IMG/VR virus record: IMGVR_UViG_3300002054_000002
Coordinates: 1-51,006 of that record
DNA length: 51,006 nt
From: a virus
Direction: 5' to 3' (one strand)
Positions 44,303 through 50,392 of this stretch are shown piece by piece. How positions within the stretch are numbered: position 1 is the stretch's first letter; each line of letters begins with the position of its first letter. The notes under the pieces are model-generated. The model had not been told where the DNA came from, did no database searches, and worked only from the letters and a program-made list of their open reading frames with translations. Made by a program: the position numbers and the translations under genes.

Positions 44303-45240
44303 TTGAAGGGTTCGATTTAGACAACACAATTGGCTCTCTCGATGAAATGATGGAGTATAGGGAAAAGGGGGCGTTAAGGGGTGTTTACCTTGGCTTTCCT
44401 GCAATGAAGGATTTTTATTCAATGAGTCTCCCCGGTGTGACCGATTGGACGGGGATACCACAATCGGGCAAAACACAGTTACTCGTTGAGTGCCTATTGA
44501 ACACCTCGGAGTATTATGGCTGGAAGCACCTCGTTTACTTCCCCGATGTTGGAAAGCCCACCGAAATAAAGGCGGACTTGCTGCATAGAATTACGGGCAG
44601 AACGTTCGACAAGCGGTACAAGAATGTAATTACAGAGGATGATATTGCCAAGTGGCTCCCGTGGATTGATCACCACTTTAAAATCCTATGCAAGAAAGAC
44701 CTGAAGTCGAAGATAACCCCGATACAGTTTTGGGATTATGCCGTGGAAATAAAGAAGTCCGAGGGCTTACAGACGGCAGCGATCGATTCGTGGAAGGATA
44801 TGTTTCACAACATCAAGGAGGTTGGGGGAAACCTTTCGGAGTATCACAACGAAACCCTGTCGTACCGAAACGCTCTCTGCGAGCAGGAGCTCATGCACTT
44901 TCATCAGGTGGTACACCCATTGAAAACCGACAAGGACTCAAACGGCAAGAAGCGACCACCGGGCGCATACGACCTGAAAGGGGGTACCGCATGGAACGAC
45001 AACGGCAAGAACATAATAACCGTCCACAGGGAGGGAAATATATCTCAGGTTTATTTCAACAAGATAAAGCCTCGTAGTATTGGAAAGGTGGGCATGATTG
45101 AAATGAAGCTCGACCTTGCACGGTTCAGATATTTCTCGGAGGATCAGGGCGAACGGGTTTACCACGCCAAAGAGTACAGAGAACTTAAGTCCACCGAAAT
45201 AAGCGGAATTGAGGACGATAACGATGATTTACCGTTCTGA
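44299..45240 (+). CDS. RecA-fold replicative helicase-like ATPase (DnaB / T7 gp4 C-terminal-domain-like) with an SSB-type acidic tail
   Basis: Walker A GIPQSGKTQLL, a Walker B-like VYFPDVG/AAIDSW, and the C-terminus ..EDDNDDLPF. Confidence 0.6.
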   Translation: MIEGFDLDNTIGSLDEMMEYREKGALRGVYLGFPAMKDFYSMSLPGVTDWTGIPQSGKTQLLVECLLNTSEYYGWKHLVYFPDVGKPTEIKADLLHRITGRTFDKRYKNVITEDDIAKWLPWIDHHFKILCKKDLKSKITPIQFWDYAVEIKKSEGLQTAAIDSWKDMFHNIKEVGGNLSEYHNETLSYRNALCEQELMHFHQVVHPLKTDKDSNGKKRPPGAYDLKGGTAWNDNGKNIITVHREGNISQVYFNKIKPRSIGKVGMIEMKLDLARFRYFSEDQGERVYHAKEYRELKSTEISGIEDDNDDLPF

Positions 45241-45698
45241 TGGGAAAGTGGGAAGAACTAAAGGCGAAAGCCGAGGAGTACAAAAAGAAGGAACGGGGCC
45301 AGGCCAAGCTCCACGCTAGGTACGAACGGGAAAAGACGGAGCGGTTCAGGCACCTTTACGAGGAGCAGAACCTTGAGGATGTTGAGTTCCAGTACAATGT
45401 GGATATAATCAACCACCACGTAAACGAATGGCTGGCGAAGATTGATGATAAGCACCCACAGTCAAAGGTGCTTGGTGCCATAAGAACCGCAGCGGTGAGA
45501 ATACTGGCGTACCAAATAAACCTCAAGGCAAAGCTGTCGAGGAGCATTGTAAACGACCACGAGCATCGCAGGCTGTACCGCAAGCACATGAAGGACGCTG
45601 CCGAGAAGGAGGTTGAAATTGAAAGGCTCAAAAAGGAGGTTGAGCGATTGGATGGGGTGATCAAATTCATGGAGGATGCAGATAAACGAGATGATTAG
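45240..45698 (+). CDS. Coiled-coil hypothetical protein
   Basis: 152-aa ORF with a TGATG junction. Confidence 0.5.
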   Translation: MGKWEELKAKAEEYKKKERGQAKLHARYEREKTERFRHLYEEQNLEDVEFQYNVDIINHHVNEWLAKIDDKHPQSKVLGAIRTAAVRILAYQINLKAKLSRSIVNDHEHRRLYRKHMKDAAEKEVEIERLKKEVERLDGVIKFMEDADKRDD

Positions 45699-45921
45699 TT
45701 ATTGCCACAAGAAGGGTGTTAAGTGCTATCCCGTTTGTGCGTTCGACCTAAGAAAGCCTCAGTCGACGTGGACTTGGCACCTTGAGGTCGATAACAACGG
45801 AAGTCCGAAACGGTACCGTGATGTTATTGGAAACGGCTCAACGCTCCGGGCAAAGCAGTATGATGAGAAACTGAAGAAACTTTACGAACATTGGTATAAC
45901 CTTTTAAAACAAAAAGAATGA
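45676..45921 (+). CDS. Hypothetical protein
   Basis: 81-aa ORF. Confidence 0.45.
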   Translation: MQINEMISYCHKKGVKCYPVCAFDLRKPQSTWTWHLEVDNNGSPKRYRDVIGNGSTLRAKQYDEKLKKLYEHWYNLLKQKE

Positions 45922-46073
45922 ATGATTTTGAGAAATTAGTTAGCGAAATGAGAAACGCACAGAAGAAGTATTTCAAGACCCGTGATGCCTATTGGCTGAG
46001 GAAGTCCAAAGAGCTTGAGTCGGCGGTGGATGTTCATTTAAGCAATATTAATCAGCCTTCTTTGGACTTATAA
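45918..46073 (+). CDS. Small hypothetical protein (51 aa)
   Basis: ATGA overlap. Reads MNDFEKLVSEMRNAQKKYFKTRDAYWLRKSKELESAVD.. and is below the ORF-track cutoff. Confidence 0.4.
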   Translation: MNDFEKLVSEMRNAQKKYFKTRDAYWLRKSKELESAVDVHLSNINQPSLDL

Positions 46074-46113
46074 GCTCAAATAAGAAAAAATCAACCAAAA
46101 AATTATCTTATTC

Positions 46114-46635
46114 ATGGAATTAATTAAGCGACTGCGGATAATGGATCCGCCATACAAATACGTTCAGAACAAGAAGAAGCCAAAGCTGAACGAGAAAACG
46201 GGCAAGCTGGTCACGCAGGACGTGTGGTACCTGAACAATAACCTGTTTTATAACAATCAGATAAGTTTTTGGGTAAAGTTGAAGGTTGTAAACTATGCGA
46301 AGGACTTCCTTATGCTGTACATGGATGACATTCCGAAACTCGATAAAGCCCGGATAACCATCACATACCGCCACACGAAGGACACCTTCGACCTCGACAA
46401 CAAGGCTGATTTTTGGAAGAAGATACTGCTCGATATTATGAAAACCCCAACCGACAAGCAGAGGGCAAAGGCGGAGGAGAAAGGAATAGTACTCAAAACC
46501 ATTGAGTGCCTCCCGGACGATACGGTGCGCTATGTTGACCAGCATATTACCAAGTTCGAGCGTGGCGAGCATGAGCTAGACATCGAAATCTTCGGCGTGT
46601 TGGCGAATGTTCAGGCTGACCTGTTTGATTCATAA
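46114..46635 (+). CDS. rusA: RusA-like Holliday junction resolvase
   Basis: RITITYRHTKDTFDLDNKADFWKKILLDIM..LPDDTVRYVDQHITKFERGEHELDIEI parallels the RusA pattern D.DN..K...D and DD..V. Confidence 0.55.
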   Translation: MELIKRLRIMDPPYKYVQNKKKPKLNEKTGKLVTQDVWYLNNNLFYNNQISFWVKLKVVNYAKDFLMLYMDDIPKLDKARITITYRHTKDTFDLDNKADFWKKILLDIMKTPTDKQRAKAEEKGIVLKTIECLPDDTVRYVDQHITKFERGEHELDIEIFGVLANVQADLFDS

Positions 46636-46666
46636 AATATTTTATTACATTTGGCATTCATACAAA
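46631..46666 (+). promoter_or_regulatory. Promoter cassette copy D
   Basis: cataaaatattttatTACATTTGgcaTTCATACAAA. The -7 box is at 46646-53, and a TTTG at 46624-27 lies 18 nt upstream. Confidence 0.7.
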
Positions 46667-46675
46667 ACGATTATC

Positions 46676-47089
46676 ATGCAATACATTCACATTCCAAAGA
46701 CGGACGAACTCAAGACCCTCTGCTACGCAACTGGTAGGAACGTTGACTTCATTGAAATAGAAATTTTAAGGTTTTTAGAGGGAGCCGAAATCATACTCGA
46801 TGATCAGGAGTGCTGCGGAAAGACCATCGGCGAACTTGTCGAGGAGGCTTCGGGCAGCATGATTATACTTACCTCTACGATGTTTGGGTGCTGGTATCCG
46901 GGCATACAGAAGCTGTTCTCTGAAATTGTTATCATGAGCCCACTTATGGACTGTGAGGTATGTGGGTGCGAGGTAGAGCACGAGGAGGATGGTAATTACG
47001 GCAAGGTTTGGACTGATTCGAAGTGTACAAATTGTGGCAACGAATACAGCGACGAGTGGAAACAGTTCGCTCCCTTTGAAAACGATTAA
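46676..47089 (+). CDS. Cys-rich (zinc-ribbon) hypothetical protein
   Basis: Contains CEVCGCEVEHEEDG..KCTNCGNEY. ATG 46676 follows promoter D, whereas the track start at 46607 reads through it. Confidence 0.5.
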   Translation: MQYIHIPKTDELKTLCYATGRNVDFIEIEILRFLEGAEIILDDQECCGKTIGELVEEASGSMIILTSTMFGCWYPGIQKLFSEIVIMSPLMDCEVCGCEVEHEEDGNYGKVWTDSKCTNCGNEYSDEWKQFAPFEND

Positions 47090-47091
47090 GA

Positions 47092-47556
47092 ATGCCCGAA
47101 GTAAAGGAGTTCATATCATACGGAAGTGTTGACGGCGATGGCAAAATGAGCCTTTACAACCGTCAGCTGTTCTTTGATAAGCTACGAGATTACTTTCCCC
47201 GAACGAACATCGAGGTAATTGTTCGGGAGCAGGGCAATGATATGACCCACCCGTTGCGCAAGTATTATTTTGGAGTAGTAATACGGGGCATCCAAGAAGG
47301 ATACTTGGCACGGGGCGAGGTCAAATCACGGGACTGGTGCGACAAGCAGATGCGTGAAATGTACTTGTATTACGAGGACATTGATTACGAGACTGGGGAA
47401 TACGAAAAGCACATCCACACCTTACGGGCTGGGGAAACTAAGGTCACAACCAAAATGATGAGAGAGTTCATAGACCTCTGCATTATTTGGGCGGTACAGC
47501 ACCTCGACTGGATTATTCCATATCCGGGAGAAGAACTCAACATCGAAAATGAATAG
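47092..47556 (+). CDS. Hypothetical protein
   Basis: 154-aa ORF. Confidence 0.5.
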   Translation: MPEVKEFISYGSVDGDGKMSLYNRQLFFDKLRDYFPRTNIEVIVREQGNDMTHPLRKYYFGVVIRGIQEGYLARGEVKSRDWCDKQMREMYLYYEDIDYETGEYEKHIHTLRAGETKVTTKMMREFIDLCIIWAVQHLDWIIPYPGEELNIENE

Positions 47557-47616
47557 TAAAATATCCCAAACATAGGCACCTACGCAGGCAAAAAATGAAT
47601 TTTTAATTTAACATCA

Positions 47617-48219
47617 ATGAAAATGGTAGTACCAAAAAAAGAGGAGTTCAAACTAATTAAGGCTATCGTTGGCGATAAGTCTGTTTACGTCGAATGGGTA
47701 GAGCGTGAAATGTGGAACGGGGTCAACTATGAGATACCGGGAAACAAGACCTTCCCTTTCATACCGCACCAAGACCTTGTTGAGGTTCGTGATTCTTTAC
47801 GTGAGTACCTAATGCGTTCGCACCATCACTACGATATGTACGAAACCGCAATCAAATACCTGAAGGGAGAACAAAAGCAAAAGGTTACTGATGCTTTCTT
47901 GGACTTGGTTCAGAAGGTTGAGGTCACATCCATATCCATCAGCGGCGAGAACCAGTTGCGTGGAGCCGTTATTTCGGGAAAAATTGAGAGCAACAATAAA
48001 TCTAAGGCTGCAATCAACTCGCCTCGCATTGTATTCTCATCCGACAAGATTGGCTATGAAACCAACGTCGAGGGCCAGTGCGAGCTTTTGGAGTCTGAAA
48101 TTTACGAGTACATCTTCAACAAGAAGCGTGCTGTAAAAGACCTGTTCGACCAAAAGGACGGGGACTCTCCGAAGGAAGAAAAAAAAAGTCCGAGCCAGCC
48201 AGTAGCTGAGGAGGTGTAA
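47617..48219 (+). CDS. Hypothetical protein
   Basis: 200-aa ORF. Confidence 0.5.
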   Translation: MKMVVPKKEEFKLIKAIVGDKSVYVEWVEREMWNGVNYEIPGNKTFPFIPHQDLVEVRDSLREYLMRSHHHYDMYETAIKYLKGEQKQKVTDAFLDLVQKVEVTSISISGENQLRGAVISGKIESNNKSKAAINSPRIVFSSDKIGYETNVEGQCELLESEIYEYIFNKKRAVKDLFDQKDGDSPKEEKKSPSQPVAEEV

Positions 48220-48224
48220 AGCAA

Positions 48225-48295
48225 AGGGGTTGCGGTGAGGCTAAGTTAATGGTTAGTGTTTAAACGCTTCGGGGGTTCGACTCCCCCAGCCCCTC
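48225..48295 (+). ncRNA. tRNA-like element: acceptor stem, D-arm and canonical T-arm, but no anticodon arm
   Basis: AGGGGTT (48225-31) pairs with AGCCCCT (48288-94). The D-arm-like part is CTAA-GTTAATGG-TTAG (48241-56). The T-arm is GGGGG-TTCGACT-CCCCC (48271-87). Only 14 nt separate the D- and T-arms. Confidence 0.4.
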
Positions 48296-48315
48296 TAATT
48301 TTAATACAAACAATT

Positions 48316-48570
48316 ATGTCAGATTTAAGTGTAGCGCAGCAAATGCGTGAATTTGCAGATTTTTTTGAAAGTGAAGTTACCCTTACTGGGTATGAGTTGG
48401 TTAAGCTAACTCACACGGCAATTATGTCAACCTTTGATCACGCAGACCTTATCGAGGCTCTTGTTATTGGAGAGGATGGTTTGGATGCAATGGTAAAGCA
48501 GCTTACAACGGTTGGGGTTCCTGAGCTTGTTGCCATGACTAAAGAAGCTAGGGAAGATGAAGAAATGTAA
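48316..48570 (+). CDS. Hypothetical acidic protein
   Basis: Starts MSDLSVAQQMREFADFF.. at the first ATG after the tRNA-like element and the aatacaaaca motif. Confidence 0.5.
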   Translation: MSDLSVAQQMREFADFFESEVTLTGYELVKLTHTAIMSTFDHADLIEALVIGEDGLDAMVKQLTTVGVPELVAMTKEAREDEEM

Positions 48571-49003
48571 AGTTTGCGGAGAACAGTTCCGCCCTAGGTT
48601 CAGCACCGTTGAGATGTTCTGCTCAGGGATGTGCGCAGCCAAGTACAAAAGAGAACAACAGGAAGCCAAGCCACCCACCAAAAGAAAACGTATCCCTGCG
48701 TTTAGCACCAAGAGGGCTAGCCAAATGCACATCTACACAAAGAAGCGCAGAGAATGGCTAAAATTGCCCCAAAATCAAATATGCTTCATTCCGGGCTGTG
48801 GAAAGCGAGCCACCACGGTTGAGCATACAAGGGGCAGGTCTGGCTTTGCGGATGATGAGGCACGGGATAAAAACATATCCCTGCTCATTGATCAACGGTT
48901 TTGGAAGCCGTGCTGTCTTGAGCACAACCTAGAGCTTGAGAACAACTCCGAACTATCGAAGGCAAACCAACTATCTAAAATACACGGGGGGCGCAAGGTT
49001 TAG
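48557..49003 (+). CDS. NinG/Rap-like protein with an HNH-type nuclease motif
   Basis: N-terminal zinc motif KKCKVCGEQF..FCSGMCA. The C-terminal part reads CFIPGCGKRATTVEHTRGR...CCLEHN. Confidence 0.5.
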   Translation: MKKCKVCGEQFRPRFSTVEMFCSGMCAAKYKREQQEAKPPTKRKRIPAFSTKRASQMHIYTKKRREWLKLPQNQICFIPGCGKRATTVEHTRGRSGFADDEARDKNISLLIDQRFWKPCCLEHNLELENNSELSKANQLSKIHGGRKV

Positions 49004-49005
49004 TT

Positions 49006-49188
49006 ATGGAGATGTTATTGGATATTATCAAGGAGAACGACGGGGATAAACTAAAGACAATACTTGCCGATGAGTTCATGGTGCCGAAGGATCGCATTGT
49101 AATCAATATAAATGTTTTCTTTGACCCATTGGATGAACACCACACCTGTATCGTGTGCTACTACCAAAAGGATGAGAATGAAAACTAA
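49006..49188 (+). CDS. Small hypothetical protein
   Basis: 60-aa ORF. Confidence 0.4.
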   Translation: MEMLLDIIKENDGDKLKTILADEFMVPKDRIVININVFFDPLDEHHTCIVCYYQKDENEN

Positions 49189-50392
49189 ACTACGCCACGG
49201 GTCACTCTTCAGCGGTATTGGGGGATTTGAGCTTGCAGCCGAATGGATGGGCTGGGAGAACGTCTTCCATTGCGAGTGGAACCCTTTCGGCGCGCGAGTA
49301 TTAAAATACTACTGGCCACAATCAACAGCATATCATGACATTACAAAAACAGACTTCTCTATTCACAGAGGAAAAATCGACATCATTACAGGAGGATTCC
49401 CATGCCAACCATACTCAGGCGCAGGCAAGCGTCTCGGCAAGGACGATGACCGACACCTCTGGCCTGAAATGCTTAGAGTTATTCGGGAGGTTCAACCACG
49501 TTGGGTCGTGGGCGAAAACGTTCTCGGCCTTGTTAATTGGAACGGCGGACTGGTATTCGACGAAGTGCAAGCTGATTTGGAAGCTGAAGGGTACGTCGTA
49601 CAACCGTATGTATTACCAGCTGCAAGCGTCAACGCTCCCCACAAAAGATATCGAGTCTGGTTTGTTGCCTACGCCGATGGCACAAAGCAGGGAGACAACG
49701 AAGGAGAAGTCCGAAGAAAGGCGGAGAAAGTTTGGGGGAAAGACTACAAGGGCGATGTACTTAGAGAACTATTTGGCACTTGGGTTGTTACCGACTCCGA
49801 CGAGCTCGGATGGAACGAGGGGAGGACAACAGGTTCAGGGCAAAACGGTCAGGCGCAAAAGGAGCGGACAGCTGTTCAGCAGCAAACTGACGGACTTGGC
49901 GGTGAGTGGACTGCTTCCGACACCCGTGGCTTCCGATGCAACCACTGGGGCTATCATTGGGAAGAACGACACCTTCAGGAAAACATCGACGGGAATGCCG
50001 AGAAAGGTAAATCAGAACGGTACCGACGGCAGCGTCGGTCTAGCAAGGCTGGGCAGGCTTGGCTTGCTACCAACCCCGACGACATCGGATTACAAGGGGG
50101 CGAGGAGCAAGGAGTCGCTGGAAGCGAGCGGTCGTTCGGAGAAGAACAGCCTATCGGATACGTTTGCAGTAACTGGGAAAACTTCCCAACTCAAGCCCCA
50201 GTTTGTGATGGAGATGATGGGCTTTCCGCCCGACTGGACTTTGATTCCGTTTTTGAAGGAGTCAAGAACCCAAGAAAACCTAACATCTTCGGAAGGTGGA
50301 GAACCGAGTCAATAATGGCAGGGGGTAACGCCATTGTGCCAAAGCTAGCACTACAACTATTTGAAACCATTAATAAATACGAGTTACTATAA
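49178..50392 (+). CDS. DNA (cytosine-5)-methyltransferase, frame A
   Basis: Motifs I FSGIGG (49208-25), IV GGFPCQ (49391-408), VI ENV (49514-22), VIII APHKRYRVWFVA (49634-69) and X GNAIVP (50324-41). The middle ~190 aa are low-complexity and G/E/R/Q-rich. Confidence 0.8.
   Translation: MKTKLRHGSLFSGIGGFELAAEWMGWENVFHCEWNPFGARVLKYYWPQSTAYHDITKTDFSIHRGKIDIITGGFPCQPYSGAGKRLGKDDDRHLWPEMLRVIREVQPRWVVGENVLGLVNWNGGLVFDEVQADLEAEGYVVQPYVLPAASVNAPHKRYRVWFVAYADGTKQGDNEGEVRRKAEKVWGKDYKGDVLRELFGTWVVTDSDELGWNEGRTTGSGQNGQAQKERTAVQQQTDGLGGEWTASDTRGFRCNHWGYHWEERHLQENIDGNAEKGKSERYRRQRRSSKAGQAWLATNPDDIGLQGGEEQGVAGSERSFGEEQPIGYVCSNWENFPTQAPVCDGDDGLSARLDFDSVFEGVKNPRKPNIFGRWRTESIMAGGNAIVPKLALQLFETINKYELL
49335..50315 (+). 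CDS. 326-aa ORF nested in the +1 frame of the C5-MTase gene (frame B); GLLPTP-repeat, TRD-like protein ending in MGFPPDWT
   Basis: No stop for 326 codons. Four GLLPTPxxSD repeats lie at 49659-76, 49782-99, 49908-25 and 50061-78. A motif-IX-like QFVMEMMGFPPDWT lies at 50217-40. Its status as a separate product is unproven. Confidence 0.45.
   Translation: MTLQKQTSLFTEEKSTSLQEDSHANHTQAQASVSARTMTDTSGLKCLELFGRFNHVGSWAKTFSALLIGTADWYSTKCKLIWKLKGTSYNRMYYQLQASTLPTKDIESGLLPTPMAQSRETTKEKSEERRRKFGGKTTRAMYLENYLALGLLPTPTSSDGTRGGQQVQGKTVRRKRSGQLFSSKLTDLAVSGLLPTPVASDATTGAIIGKNDTFRKTSTGMPRKVNQNGTDGSVGLARLGRLGLLPTPTTSDYKGARSKESLEASGRSEKNSLSDTFAVTGKTSQLKPQFVMEMMGFPPDWTLIPFLKESRTQENLTSSEGGEPSQ

Noticed and set aside
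44688-45077. 129-138-aa alternate-frame ORFs nested in the helicase (44688..45077), holin (37795..38211), fiber (36057..36458) and MTase (10008..10349) genes
   Set aside because: The translations are R/G/P/Q-rich with no motifs. Their length is within what this composition yields by chance. They serve as the background against which the 326-aa ORF at 49335 stands out.
48225-48295. Calling this a bona fide tRNA gene
   Set aside because: I could find no 5-bp anticodon stem with a 7-nt loop. Only 14 nt lie between the D- and T-arms, and there is a 9-nt acceptor-D spacer. It is kept only as a tRNA-like element.
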